The notes under the pieces: generated by a model
What the model saw: only the letters and a program-made list of their open reading frames with translations
Database searches by the model: none
Told to the model about the DNA's origin: nothing
NCBI GenBank assembly: GCA_963796455.1
Contig: CAWCLO010000004.1
Location: forward strand, 320,001-384,000
Length of the DNA: 64,000 nt
Origin: Candidatus Sulfomarinibacteraceae bacterium
GTDB taxonomy: Bacteria; Acidobacteriota; Thermoanaerobaculia; Thermoanaerobaculales; Sulfomarinibacteraceae
Direction: 5' to 3'
Made by a program: the position numbers and the translations under genes
In this document: piece after piece, positions 48,876 through 59,704 of the stretch
Numbering within the stretch: the first letter of the stretch is position 1
How the letters are laid out: the number at the start of each line of letters is the position of its first letter

Positions 48876-50540
48876 TCAGTGCCCTCTGGCCAGCCCGGCG
48901 CCCCTGGGATCGGACGCGCCGGTGAATCCATTCGGGAGACCGCCGTCGTCGTAGGAAATCGTCAGACCCTGCGCGTTGCCGATATTCCGGATCCGAAGCT
49001 CGTGCCCCATGGATTCCAGGGTGTCGCGAATATCCCCTGGGAGGCTCTCCTCCACGTCGAGGAAATTGGGCACGTTGAAAGCAATCCGCGGCGCCGCGAT
49101 GGCTTCGAAGATATTCATCTCGAAGTCGACAACGTTCATGATGACCTGGGCGACGGTCTGGGTGATGGTGTGGCCGCCGGGGGTGCCGATCGCAATCCAC
49201 GGCTTGCCGTCACGCAGGACGAACGACGGCGAATCGCTGGACAACTTACGCCGTCCCGGGTGGGCGTCCATCGGATTGCCTTTGGGCTCGAAGGTGCAGT
49301 AGGCGAGCGAGTTGTTGAGCCAGATCCCGGTGCCTTCCGGCATGATGCGGCTGCCGAAAAGATTGCCCAGCGTCACCGTGGCGGACACGACGTTGCCCCA
49401 CTCATCGGCGACCACGAAATGTGTCGTGTTGATGCTCTCCGCCACCTCGCCGATTTCCGGGGCTTGAAATACTGAGGCTCTCGACGGGTCGATCCGCGCT
49501 GCTTCCTGGAGCCAGTAGCTCTCGGAAAGCAGCAGATCGTAGGGCGGCGGCTGGATGTCGGGGTCACCGGAGTAGGCGAGTCGGGTCCAGTACGCGTGTT
49601 TGGTCACCTCGGCAAAGCGGTGGAGGTACTCGATCGAATTATGTCCGAGGGCACGATTTTCCTCGAGCCCCATCATCCCGAGTCGCACCAGCATCGGAAA
49701 GGCACCCGCCGGCGCCGCCGGAGTCACGACCAGGAGACCGCGGTAGGTGATCGAGATGGGTTGCCACCATTCGGCGGTGTCGTTGATGAGATCGTCGATG
49801 GCGAGAAAACCGCCTGCTGCGCCCATTGCGCTGTCGATGGCGTGTCCAATGGTGCCGCCATAGATGACTTTTGGCCCTTCGTCGCGCACCAGGCGGAGCG
49901 ACGAGGCGAGATCGTTTTGAACCAGCACGTCGCCCTCTTCGAGGGGGCTGCCGTCGGAACCGTAGATTGCCTTTGCGTGAGCGGGAAACTCGTCGAACGC
50001 GAGGTCGATGAAAAACGCAGTTCTGGCATCAATGACGAAGCCTTCTTCGGCCGCCTTGATCGCCGGTTCGAGGAGCGTCGGCCAGGCTATGGTGCCGAAT
50101 CGATCGGACATGGCAAACCACGCATTCGCCGCCCCCGGGGTGGAAACCGCCTTCGCGTTGCGGCGATTGGCCTCATAGTCCGGTGTCGGAGCCCGATAAA
50201 CATCGGAGTCGACCGCCATAGGGATCTTGCCGCTGGCGTCGAGGTAGAGCGACTCACCCGTTGCGGCGTCGAAGACGAGAATCGTCCCATAACCCCCCAT
50301 CCCGGACATCATCGGTTCGACGACGTTGAGAGTCGACGCGATGGCGACAGCCGCGTCGAAGGCGTTGCCTCCATCGCGGAGAATCGAGAGCCCGGCTTCG
50401 GTGGCGATGGGGTGGGCGGTGGCTACCATGCCGCGGCTTGCCTCTGCGAGGTCGCCGTCTTCGACTGCGGGTGGCGGCCCGGCAGCGCAGGCCGAAATAA
50501 CGATCAGAAGGGCTGCAATTGAGGTTTTGTTTTGCATCAT
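48876..50540 (-). CDS. ggt: Gamma-glutamyltransferase (lipoprotein)
   Basis: 'GGNAFDAAVA', 'SGMGG', 'TTHF' catalytic Thr, 'GASDPRG'. Confidence 0.92.
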   Translation of the reverse strand: MMQNKTSIAALLIVISACAAGPPPAVEDGDLAEASRGMVATAHPIATEAGLSILRDGGNAFDAAVAIASTLNVVEPMMSGMGGYGTILVFDAATGESLYLDASGKIPMAVDSDVYRAPTPDYEANRRNAKAVSTPGAANAWFAMSDRFGTIAWPTLLEPAIKAAEEGFVIDARTAFFIDLAFDEFPAHAKAIYGSDGSPLEEGDVLVQNDLASSLRLVRDEGPKVIYGGTIGHAIDSAMGAAGGFLAIDDLINDTAEWWQPISITYRGLLVVTPAAPAGAFPMLVRLGMMGLEENRALGHNSIEYLHRFAEVTKHAYWTRLAYSGDPDIQPPPYDLLLSESYWLQEAARIDPSRASVFQAPEIGEVAESINTTHFVVADEWGNVVSATVTLGNLFGSRIMPEGTGIWLNNSLAYCTFEPKGNPMDAHPGRRKLSSDSPSFVLRDGKPWIAIGTPGGHTITQTVAQVIMNVVDFEMNIFEAIAAPRIAFNVPNFLDVEESLPGDIRDTLESMGHELRIRNIGNAQGLTISYDDGGLPNGFTGASDPRGAGLARGH

Positions 50541-50625
50541 GGGGGACACATTAACACGTAGAAAGTGAGCTTTCGGATGACTGGAAGAGAGACATGATCT
50601 CATCGGCGAGCTATGCTTTCGGTGC

Positions 50626-51585
50626 ATGTCTGATTCGAACCAATTTCAGAGTCCGGGTCGAGCAGCGGTCCCGGGAACAGGACGGGAGCCGGATCCGACC
50701 CAGCGCACGTCGCCTGCCCGGGTTCGCACCGTGGTCTTGACCGCTTTGGCCGTGACCTGCTTTGCAGCGAATTCGGTTCTGGCACGGCTGGCGTTGGTTG
50801 ATGGAGCATCCGACCCGACAGGCTTCAGCACTGTACGACTCCTTTCGGGCGCGGTGATCCTGTGGCTGGTGATCGCGGTTCGGGGCCGGTCTGCTTCAGG
50901 GAAACAAGGTGGCTCGTGGATGTCGGCTTGGTGGCTCTTCCTCTATGCGCTGACTTTTGCGTTTGCCTATGTGAGCCTCGCCGCCGGAACCGGCGCACTG
51001 ATTCTGTTTGCCGCTGTGCAAATCACGATGATTGGAGCCGGGCTCATGAGTGGCGAGAAGCCGCGCCCGCTCCGGTGGTTCGGTCTGGGGGTCGCCATGT
51101 CGGGTCTGGTCGTTTTGAGCATGCCCGCGGTTGAAGGACCGACACCGGAGGGTGGGGTATTGATGGCTGTGGCCGGGCTCGCCTGGGGTCTCTATTCAAT
51201 TCGTGGTCGCGGTACCGTCGACCCCTCGGCGGTGACCGCGGGCAATTTCCTCCGCACGCTGCCCATGGTCGGGTTGGCTGCTCTCGTGCTGTCGCAATCG
51301 ATTTCGATGTCGTGGACGGGTGTCGTGCTGGCCGTGATCTCCGGGGCCCTGGCTTCAGGCGCAGGTTACCTGATCTGGTACTCCGCGTTGCGTGGACTGT
51401 CGTCCACCATGGCTGGGATCGTACAGTTGGCGGTTCCGGTCCTGGCCGCGGTGGGCGGGGTGTTCTTTCTCGGTGAAGCGGTGACCGCCAGAGTCGTGGT
51501 CGCCGGTGCTGCGATCCTCGCCGGTGTTGCGATTGCCGGATCGGCCGGCGATCGGGCGGCAACAAAAACCACAGGCGCCCTCTGA
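50626..51585 (+). CDS. DMT/EamA family transporter
   Basis: About 10 TM segments, 'FAANSVLAR', 'GTGALILF', 'VQLAVPV'. Confidence 0.88.
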   Translation: MSDSNQFQSPGRAAVPGTGREPDPTQRTSPARVRTVVLTALAVTCFAANSVLARLALVDGASDPTGFSTVRLLSGAVILWLVIAVRGRSASGKQGGSWMSAWWLFLYALTFAFAYVSLAAGTGALILFAAVQITMIGAGLMSGEKPRPLRWFGLGVAMSGLVVLSMPAVEGPTPEGGVLMAVAGLAWGLYSIRGRGTVDPSAVTAGNFLRTLPMVGLAALVLSQSISMSWTGVVLAVISGALASGAGYLIWYSALRGLSSTMAGIVQLAVPVLAAVGGVFFLGEAVTARVVVAGAAILAGVAIAGSAGDRAATKTTGAL

Positions 51586-51676
51586 TTCGTGTCCTGAGGA
51601 CTTTTTGCAGGGAGATAGACAGCGACGAAATTTTGCGCGATAGTGGCTCGCGATTGATCTGATCCCGGGGGAATTC

Positions 51677-51898
51677 ATGAAGTTGTTGATCGCGGCGGCG
51701 GCGTTGTGTGTGGTGTGTGGTTTTGCGTTCGCGGGCAGCGAGGCGCTTGCGCAGGCGGATCTCGATGCCGAAAAAGCCGGCGGAGCGGCCGTCCCCTCCC
51801 ACCATTCTCCGTACTTTGTGGTCGACCCCGAACCTTCAAGCACGATGGGCGTCCGAGCCAGGACGGTGGCGGTGCTCGAGTTGATGGAAACAAGTTGA
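51677..51898 (+). CDS. Small exported hypothetical protein (possibly a remnant)
   Basis: Clear signal peptide MKLLIAAAALCVVCGFAFA; only 73 aa. Confidence 0.4.
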   Translation: MKLLIAAAALCVVCGFAFAGSEALAQADLDAEKAGGAAVPSHHSPYFVVDPEPSSTMGVRARTVAVLELMETS

Positions 51899-52035
51899 TT
51901 CGCCTCGACGTTGATCGGAGAGTTTCAATGGGACGGTTACGGTCCGTCCGGTGAAAGCTCAAACAGGGATCAATCCCAGAAAAACCAGAGTGTCGTTGCC
52001 GCGTAATTCCAGTGCTGTGATTTGAGGAGGTTGTG

Positions 52036-53805
52036 ATGCGCCGTTTTGTTGTGACCGCTCTGCTTCTCGGGTGCGCTCTTTCCATTTTTGCCGGAGATCG
52101 GGTTCCCACTGATCAATGGATGACGTATTCAAGTCCGGCGGAGGCGGGTTTCGACCCGGTTCGGCTCGAGGCGGCGCGGAAGAGCTGGGAAGAAATGCCG
52201 TCAGCGGCATTCCTGGTGGTATCGGACGGCGCTGTGGTTGCGTCCTGGGGCGATGTGTCGCGTCGCTTCATGTGCCACTCGGTGCGCAAGAGTTTCATGT
52301 CCGCTCTCTATGGAATCTATTGGGACAAGGGAGAGATCAAGCTCAACAAGACCCTCGCCGATCTCGGGATCGACGACCAGGGCGACGGTCTGTTGGAGAC
52401 TGAGAAGCAGGCCCGGATCCTCGATCTGCTCAAGGCACGTTCGGGCGTCTTTCACCCCGCCGCCTACGCCGGGCGAACCGACTCACAGCCCCGTGGAAGC
52501 CAGGGGCCGGGCCGCTATTTTGCCTATAACAACTGGGACTTCAACACGCTTGTGACCATTCTCGAACAGGAGACGGGGGAAAAGGTCTTCGAGGCTTTCG
52601 ATGAGTATTTTGCGGTGCCGCTCGAGATGGAGGATTGGCGGGTCTCGGATGGTTATTATCACTACGAGCGCGACAAATCGATGCACCCCGCCTATCCGTT
52701 CAGGCTCTCGGCGCGCGATGCCGCGCGTTTTGGTCTCGTCTTCGCCCGCACCGGTCTGTGGGGCGACAGCCGCATCCTGTCGCGAGACTGGGTCCAGCGA
52801 AGCTCCGCAATGTACTCGATCGACGACGATCAGATCGGATACGGTCTCTTGTGGTGGGTCTTGCGCGAGCCTCGTTTCAAACAGTATGGGATGTTTGCGG
52901 CCCTCGGAGTGGGCAATCAGATGATCGCGGTGCTTCCCGACATCGATCTGGTCATCGTCAACCGGGCCAATACCTATGAAGGACAGAGAACGCCGATGCC
53001 CGAGCTGCTCGATCTGATCGAGTCGGTGCTCGAGGCGAGGGTCGGGGCCCCGGTTGCCGATCCTGCGCTGAAGCCACTGGAGGTGTCCATCCCCGGTTTT
53101 CGTATGGCGCCGGACTCCAAGCTGGCCGAGTTTGTCGGCGAGTGGGACTATCCTCCGGCGCCCCTCGGGCTGCCGAAAATCACCACCGTCACCATCGCGG
53201 CGGGTGATGGCTGGTTGGAGGCCACTTCCGAGGTGAGCGGGACCTTCCGCGAGTATCTCCAGTCGAATGGCACTCTGGTGGAAGAGGACAGCCTCGATCG
53301 GTACTACCCGATTCGTGATGCGCAAGGTGCATTGGCGGGCATCGCCGATGTCGGCGCCATCGTTCGGGCCGCGATGGCGGAGGCGGTTGCCGGGGATTTC
53401 AGACGGTCGAGGTCTTATCTCTCGGTTGTCGAGAAAGAGCCTGGAGTCAACGTGCCGGCTGCGCGAGCCATGGTGGATTTTCTGGACGGTCATCAGAAAG
53501 AGGCTGAGGATGCGCTTCGGCAGCTCGCCTCCGACCACAGCCCGCAACGGGTCGAGGGTTTTGTCAACAACGTGGGCTACTCGCTGCTCGGCGAAGAGAA
53601 GACCGATGCGGCGCTTGAGGTCCTGGAGCTCAACACGCGGCTTTTCCCCGAGGCCTTCAACACCTGGGACAGCCTCGGAGAGATCAACATGATGATCGGC
53701 AACGACGCCAAGGCGATCCGTTTTTATGAGAAGTCTCTGGAGCTCAATGAAAACAACACCAACGCGGCCGAAATGATCGCGCGAATTCGCCAGGGCGGAG
53801 AATAA
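52036..53805 (+). CDS. Serine hydrolase (beta-lactamase class C-like) with C-terminal TPR
   Basis: SVRK (SxxK), YNN; 'NNVGYSLL', 'NTWDSLGE', 'YEKSLELN'. Confidence 0.88.
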   Translation: MRRFVVTALLLGCALSIFAGDRVPTDQWMTYSSPAEAGFDPVRLEAARKSWEEMPSAAFLVVSDGAVVASWGDVSRRFMCHSVRKSFMSALYGIYWDKGEIKLNKTLADLGIDDQGDGLLETEKQARILDLLKARSGVFHPAAYAGRTDSQPRGSQGPGRYFAYNNWDFNTLVTILEQETGEKVFEAFDEYFAVPLEMEDWRVSDGYYHYERDKSMHPAYPFRLSARDAARFGLVFARTGLWGDSRILSRDWVQRSSAMYSIDDDQIGYGLLWWVLREPRFKQYGMFAALGVGNQMIAVLPDIDLVIVNRANTYEGQRTPMPELLDLIESVLEARVGAPVADPALKPLEVSIPGFRMAPDSKLAEFVGEWDYPPAPLGLPKITTVTIAAGDGWLEATSEVSGTFREYLQSNGTLVEEDSLDRYYPIRDAQGALAGIADVGAIVRAAMAEAVAGDFRRSRSYLSVVEKEPGVNVPAARAMVDFLDGHQKEAEDALRQLASDHSPQRVEGFVNNVGYSLLGEEKTDAALEVLELNTRLFPEAFNTWDSLGEINMMIGNDAKAIRFYEKSLELNENNTNAAEMIARIRQGGE

Positions 53806-53838
53806 TTCTCCGCCCTCGGTTGCACAGAGCTGGGGACT

Positions 53839-56800
53839 CTACGGACGAGCCGCTGGAGTCGGGAACGGCGGCGGTATCACCGATGGCGTGCCCTCTGCCT
53901 CGAGCAATCTGAGCGCTTCCCGGACCCCACGTTCGAGTTGCACATCACGCCCCTCGGAGGCCGACAGGGCGTCGATCTCGACTTCGATGTCCGGCGGGAT
54001 ACCCTGGTTTTCACCGATCCACGCGTTGTTGATCGGGTCGAAGACCGCGTTGTCGGGTGCGGTCAACCCACCGCCGTCCACCAATGGATAGTGGACCGAT
54101 GATTTGACCAGACCGCCCCAGGTTCGCATCCCGATGAGGGGACCGGCCTTCTGTTGCCGGAAGACCCAGGGGAAGTAGTCGCCACCCGACCCGGCCACCT
54201 CGTTGATCAGCAGCACCTTTGGCCCGAGTATGCCTGCCGGAAGCCGGAATGCCTGTCCGTTCGGCACCTCGTTGGTGATCGCTGCGCGGAGTCTGCGCGT
54301 CATGAGATCGACCATGTAGTCGTCGAGCAGTCCGCCGCCGTTGAAACGCTCGTCGATGACCGCACCGAGTTTGTCCTGTTGCGCGAAATAATATCGATTG
54401 AACGAGACCACCCCGCGGGTCGAGGTGTTCGGCACCCACACATAGGCGAGCTTTCCACCGGAGAGCTCGTCGACCTTGCGGCGGTTGTCTTCGACCCATG
54501 CGAGCTGTCGCAGTGAGCCTTCGTTGTCGATAGGCTCAACCGTGACCCGTTCGGCTCCGTCCATGGTCGGTTCGTCGTTGACGTGGAGTACCGTCTGCCT
54601 GCCGGCGGTGCCGTCAAGCAGGCGATAGGGATCGTCGTCGGTGGTCAGCTCCACACCGTTGACGGCGACGATGTAGCGGCCCTCTTCGACTTCGAGACCC
54701 GGTCGGTCGAGCGGCGCAGAGACATCGGGGTTCCAGCTTTCAAAGGTGTAGATCCGGGAGATCTTCCACCGTCCCTGGTCGGGCGCCAGATCGGCTCCAA
54801 GGAGCCCGGCCTTGGACGAGTCCGTCTTGGGAAAGTCGCCGCCAAAGACAAAACTGTGGCCGACCGAGAGTTCGCCATTGACCTGTTCGAGAATGTAGCT
54901 GAGGTCCGTCCGGTGTCGGACAAAGGGAACCAGGGGTTGATAGCGCTCCTTGATCGCTTCCCAGTCTCGACCGTGCAGCGAAGGGTCGTAGAAGAAATCG
55001 CGTTCGTAGCGCCACGCCTCGTCAAAGATCTGTTGCCACTCGGCCCGTCGGTCGAGCTGCATCCGCAGTGCAAGATCGAGTTTGCCGTCGCCGTTTGACG
55101 GCGGACTGTCCGTACCGACCACCGTCCAGGTTTCGCCATGGCGGTAGAGCAGCTTTTTGCCGTCGGCCGAAATGGAGATCCTCGAAGCGCCTTTGAGAAA
55201 CTCCTTTGCCTCACGGTCCTCGACGGTGAATTTGTGGAGTGTCATCCCGGGGCCGTCGGAGTTTTCGCCGATGAATACGCTGTCTTTCGGACCGGCGGCA
55301 GTCATGGTGTAGGAGGCTTCGGGAACCTGCAGCGCCAAGGTCCGGCGGTCGATGCCGTCAAAGTCGATCGTCACTTCGATCTTCGGTTCCTTGTCCGCCT
55401 TGTCATCCTCACCGCCGTTTTCCGAGTCTCCCTCAACTTCCTTTGAATCCTCGTCGCCAACTTCTTCCTCGTCGCTTTCGGGGACAAAGGGAGTGGGTTC
55501 ATCGGCCCGCAGCACGATGACGTAGGCCGCGTAGCTCGGATCGGCCTGCATCGTGCTGGTGTTGGCCCAGCCGGAGGCCAGTGCGAGATCGGTACTGGCG
55601 AGAAAATAGAGGTATTGGCCTCCGCGGTCCCATGATGGGGCCACCGCGTCCGCCAGGGCATTGGTCACCGGAGTCGCCGTGCCGCTGTCAACCGACCAGA
55701 CCATGATTCGATGAAAATTGTTGGGGAAGGCCTTGGCATAGGCCAGCCACTTGGAGTCGGGTGACCACGTCAAACCCATGAATCCACGATCAATGTTGGC
55801 GCCTGACGAATCGGCGGTGGTGATACTGCCCGATTCGAGTTCGATCACCCGGATGCGGGTGTCGTCATCGACAAATGCGATCCGCGAGCCATCGGGCGAC
55901 CACGCCGGTTCCCACGCCATCTTCGACTCGCCGATTTTGATGCGGCGGGCGTCGGAGAGACCGTCCTGGTTGGAGATCAACAGTTCATAACCGTCGCCGC
56001 GATCTGAGAACCACGCGATCTCTCCGCCATCGGGGGACCAGATGGGCGCTCGGTCGGCCGCACCGGAGCTCCGCGTGATGTTGCGGGAGTCTCCCTTTTC
56101 AACCGGTACCGTGAAAATCTCGCCGCGACTCTCGAAGACGGCCCGTTTTCCGGTTGCGGAGAGTGACGAACTTCTCACGTCGCCGCTGACGTCCTCCCAT
56201 CGGGTCTCGGCCCAGGGAAAGTCACCGCTGACGGAGATTTTTATCTTTTCGATTGCTCCCGTTGCGATGTCGAGGGTGGAGATCCAGCCGTCGCGCTCGA
56301 AGACCAGGGTGCCGTCGTGACCCGAGAGCCACTTGATGTCCACATCGTTAAAGTCGGTCAGTTGCTCGAGTGCCCGGGTTGCGGGGTCGTAGGAGAAGAT
56401 ATTCATCGACCAGTCCCGGTCCGAAAGGAAATAGATCCTTCCGTCCAGCCATACCGGAAAGACATCGGTGGTGCGCTGATTCGGCAGCGGTTCCTCGCTG
56501 AGGTCACCGAGGTCGAGGATCACCAATGCCTTGTTCTGACCACCCCGGTAGTGACGCCACTCCGTATCCCACCGGGCAACCCGATCGACAACGATTTTGC
56601 TGCCGTCTCCGGAAAAGGACCCATCATGCCCTCGAGGCGCCTTGATGAGCTCCGAAGGCCCGCCGTTTGGCGACACCGTCCACAGCCGTTGGTAGGCGGC
56701 CGGCGCCGTTTCCCGCGACGACGCGTAAAGAACCCGGCTTCCGTCCGGTGTCCAACCAAGCGCGTATGAGGCCGCCGGATACCAGGTCAGGCGGGTCGGT

Positions 56801-57114
56801 GTTCCGCCCTCGATCGGCAGCACATAGACAGATTCGACGCCGGATCGGTCCGATGTGAAGGCGATCCATCGACCGTCCGGCGAAAAGCGTGGGTTCAGTT
56901 CCACCGCTGGCGTGCTGGTCAGTCTTCTTGCAGCACCACCGGCCCGATCGGCCACCCAGAGATCGCCGCCATGGCTGAAGGCCACGTATTCGGCGCTGAG
57001 GGTCGGTTGGCGGAGCAGGCGAGTGTCCTGGGCGGCGACCGGCGTTGCTGCAGCCAGGAGCAAGGTGAGGACGAGAATCGAGACAAGGTGCCGGTGTGAA
57101 AATATTGAAAGCAT
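53839..57114 (-). CDS. Tricorn protease homolog (S41 family)
   Basis: PD40-type propeller repeats, PDZ region, 'DERFNGGG', 'GSGGD', 'RTWGG', 'ENQGIPPD'. Confidence 0.93.
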   Translation of the reverse strand: MLSIFSHRHLVSILVLTLLLAAATPVAAQDTRLLRQPTLSAEYVAFSHGGDLWVADRAGGAARRLTSTPAVELNPRFSPDGRWIAFTSDRSGVESVYVLPIEGGTPTRLTWYPAASYALGWTPDGSRVLYASSRETAPAAYQRLWTVSPNGGPSELIKAPRGHDGSFSGDGSKIVVDRVARWDTEWRHYRGGQNKALVILDLGDLSEEPLPNQRTTDVFPVWLDGRIYFLSDRDWSMNIFSYDPATRALEQLTDFNDVDIKWLSGHDGTLVFERDGWISTLDIATGAIEKIKISVSGDFPWAETRWEDVSGDVRSSSLSATGKRAVFESRGEIFTVPVEKGDSRNITRSSGAADRAPIWSPDGGEIAWFSDRGDGYELLISNQDGLSDARRIKIGESKMAWEPAWSPDGSRIAFVDDDTRIRVIELESGSITTADSSGANIDRGFMGLTWSPDSKWLAYAKAFPNNFHRIMVWSVDSGTATPVTNALADAVAPSWDRGGQYLYFLASTDLALASGWANTSTMQADPSYAAYVIVLRADEPTPFVPESDEEEVGDEDSKEVEGDSENGGEDDKADKEPKIEVTIDFDGIDRRTLALQVPEASYTMTAAGPKDSVFIGENSDGPGMTLHKFTVEDREAKEFLKGASRISISADGKKLLYRHGETWTVVGTDSPPSNGDGKLDLALRMQLDRRAEWQQIFDEAWRYERDFFYDPSLHGRDWEAIKERYQPLVPFVRHRTDLSYILEQVNGELSVGHSFVFGGDFPKTDSSKAGLLGADLAPDQGRWKISRIYTFESWNPDVSAPLDRPGLEVEEGRYIVAVNGVELTTDDDPYRLLDGTAGRQTVLHVNDEPTMDGAERVTVEPIDNEGSLRQLAWVEDNRRKVDELSGGKLAYVWVPNTSTRGVVSFNRYYFAQQDKLGAVIDERFNGGGLLDDYMVDLMTRRLRAAITNEVPNGQAFRLPAGILGPKVLLINEVAGSGGDYFPWVFRQQKAGPLIGMRTWGGLVKSSVHYPLVDGGGLTAPDNAVFDPINNAWIGENQGIPPDIEVEIDALSASEGRDVQLERGVREALRLLEAEGTPSVIPPPFPTPAARP

Positions 57115-57355
57115 CGAACCCTCCATGAGATCGCTTGCTGTCGTTACGAGGAGGAGCACCACAGGTTACTCCTGCTTGTTCGCAGCAGGCTGCAACAGAC
57201 GAACCATCCGGTTTTGGGCCGCCAATGTATCACCTGCTCACTGTGACGCGCGCCCGGCGTGTTCCGGTCGAGATCGATCTGTGAGCGTCTGGCTACGGAC
57301 ATTTGGCCGGCCAGCAACCATCTCCATCAAAGCTCGTTTATCATCGACAGCGGTG

Positions 57356-59704
57356 ATGAACATCTCGTTTCAACCACGTCGACAGTTTTCGAGAGCAGCC
57401 TGTTGGTTGCTCGGGGTGTCGTTGTTGGCCGGGTCGACGGCGTGCGGTCGAGAAGAACCAACGCCCGTCGAAGCTGTGAAATACAACGTGCTCGTGATCA
57501 CCCTCGACACCATTCGAGCCGATCGTCTCGGGGCTTATGGAAATCGATCCATCCGAAGCGACTTTGTCGACGGTCTCGCCGAACGGGGGGTCCTCTTCGA
57601 GCACTGCATCGTCCCGACGCCGCTGACGCTGCCCTCCCACACCTCCTTGTTCACCGGCACCTATCCCCCGCACCACGGGGTCCGCGACAACGGGAACTAT
57701 GTCGTGCCGGGTGAGTTGACGACCATGGCCGAGCTCTTCCGTGACGCCGGGTACCGGACCGGAGCATTTGTCGGTGCCTTTGTGCTGTCATCAAGGTGGG
57801 GCCTGGATCAGGGTTTCGAGACCTATACCGAGCCTGCGAGCGGCTATGATCCGAGCCTGGCCTCCTTTGCTCAGATTCAACGACGGGCCGACGCAGTCGT
57901 CGACGATGCGACCGCCTGGATTCGAGAGAGCTCGGATCGACCCTTCTTTGCATGGGTCCACGTCTATGATCCCCATCTGCCCTACGATCCTCCTCCGGTT
58001 TTTGCTGCCGAATATGCCGAGGATCCCTATCTCGGCGAGGTGGCCTTTGCCGATGCCGAGCTGGGGCGGCTGCAGGCCTTGCTCGATTTGTCCGGGCTTG
58101 CAGCGAAGACCATCGTCGTTTTTGCCGGTGATCACGGCGAGGGTCTCGGAGATCACGATGAACTCGACCATGGGTTGCTCCTCTACCAGACCACCCTGCG
58201 CGCGCCGCTGATCATCGCTCACCCAGCGGTTGAACAACGAGGGGTTCGCCGCGAAGAGGTGGTCTCGCTGGTCGATATCCTGCCGACCCTTGCTGCGGTT
58301 GTCGACCTCCCGATACCCGAGCGAGTCCAGGGCCAGAGTCTGTTGCCCCTCATGGACGAGACCGGAGAATTCGAAGAGAGACCCGTCTATTCCGAGACCC
58401 ACTACCCCAAGCTCCATTTCGGGTGGAGCCCGTTGACCGCACTCCAGGACCGGCGGTTTCAGTTGATCCAGTCATCCGATCCGGAACTCTATGATCTGGC
58501 GGCCGATCCAAAGCAGCAGAAAAACCTCTTCGACACCAATACGGCAGAGGCGGAGGGAATGGGCCGTGAGCTGGCTCGTCTCACTCAGAGCCTGGCCGAA
58601 GGGGGTGTAAAGGCGGCACAGGCCCCGGATGCGGAGACCATCGCCAAACTGGCGGCCCTGGGGTACGTGACCGGTGGTGGCGTATCGGGTCAGGACCCGG
58701 CCGATGGCGATTTGCCGAGCCCACGGAGCATGCTGTGGATCTACAACATGTTGATGGAGGCGAGCGGCATTCTTGCTTCGGGCGACGAGATCGGGGCCGA
58801 ACGGAAGTTCCTCGAAATCCTCGAGGCCGAAGACAATCTGGTGGATGCCTGGTTGGCTCTGGGTCGTCTCTATCGGCGTCAAGGCAGAATGGCTGAGGCC
58901 CTGGACGCTTTGCGTGAGGCCCACGAACGACGGCCGCTGGATCCCTTCGTGGTGTCCAAACTGGCCGACGCGCTGATATCCACCCGGCAGCCCGCGGAAG
59001 CCGAAGAGCTCTTGCGGGTTGCGCTCGAAGAGCATCCGGACGATCCATACATCGTCTTCGCCCTGGCGCGGGCGTTGGAGTCCTTTGGCCGGTTGGACGA
59101 AGCCGAGACGATGTACCGAAAATCACATGCTCTCGACCCTCGATCGGCGCCGACCCACGTCCGGCTCGCCGCCCTCGCTCTCCGCAGGGGTGATCGGGCG
59201 ACCGCCGAATCCGAGCTTGACACGGCCCTGCAATTGGATCCGAAGGTGCCCGAGGCGAGCCTTTACAAGGGTCAGCTGCTGGAAAGCGCCGGCCGCTTGG
59301 ATGAAGCCGCAGTTGCCTACCGAAACGAGATCCGATCGTCGCCCAATAACCTCCCGGCGGCGATCGCACTGAGTCGCCTCGAGGGTCGTCGTGGCAATCA
59401 GATCGAGCAGGAGCGGGTGCTGCGTGATGCCGTGGCGGCAAATCCTCGCTCGCCCGGACCGTATCTGGTGCTTTCGATGACCTTCTTCCAACGTGGAGAA
59501 CGTTATGAGGAGGCCGTCGAGTTGGCGGAATTGGCGCTGGCACAAAAGCCCGAGGGCCAGGAACTCCAGATGGCATATTTTCTCCTGGCGAATCTTCACA
59601 ATCGTCTTGGCAACGCCAAGAGATCGGCCGAATACGTCGAGCTTGGCGGCGGTCCCGCCAATCCCTTGGAGGGGAACCGGGGCGGGGAGAGCCCGCGCCG
59701 GTGA
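57356..59704 (+). CDS. Sulfatase-like hydrolase/transferase with TPR repeats
   Basis: 'ITLDTIRAD', 'TLPSHTSLFTG', 'YDPHLPY', 'GDHGE', 'ELYDL..DP', C-terminal TPRs. Confidence 0.88.
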   Translation: MNISFQPRRQFSRAACWLLGVSLLAGSTACGREEPTPVEAVKYNVLVITLDTIRADRLGAYGNRSIRSDFVDGLAERGVLFEHCIVPTPLTLPSHTSLFTGTYPPHHGVRDNGNYVVPGELTTMAELFRDAGYRTGAFVGAFVLSSRWGLDQGFETYTEPASGYDPSLASFAQIQRRADAVVDDATAWIRESSDRPFFAWVHVYDPHLPYDPPPVFAAEYAEDPYLGEVAFADAELGRLQALLDLSGLAAKTIVVFAGDHGEGLGDHDELDHGLLLYQTTLRAPLIIAHPAVEQRGVRREEVVSLVDILPTLAAVVDLPIPERVQGQSLLPLMDETGEFEERPVYSETHYPKLHFGWSPLTALQDRRFQLIQSSDPELYDLAADPKQQKNLFDTNTAEAEGMGRELARLTQSLAEGGVKAAQAPDAETIAKLAALGYVTGGGVSGQDPADGDLPSPRSMLWIYNMLMEASGILASGDEIGAERKFLEILEAEDNLVDAWLALGRLYRRQGRMAEALDALREAHERRPLDPFVVSKLADALISTRQPAEAEELLRVALEEHPDDPYIVFALARALESFGRLDEAETMYRKSHALDPRSAPTHVRLAALALRRGDRATAESELDTALQLDPKVPEASLYKGQLLESAGRLDEAAVAYRNEIRSSPNNLPAAIALSRLEGRRGNQIEQERVLRDAVAANPRSPGPYLVLSMTFFQRGERYEEAVELAELALAQKPEGQELQMAYFLLANLHNRLGNAKRSAEYVELGGGPANPLEGNRGGESPRR

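Noticed and set aside
56855..57355. Long N-terminal extensions in the ORF track (also 37776-38177, 14286-14630, 48130-48279)
   Set aside because: They overlap neighbouring genes; downstream starts with an RBS or signal peptide fit better.
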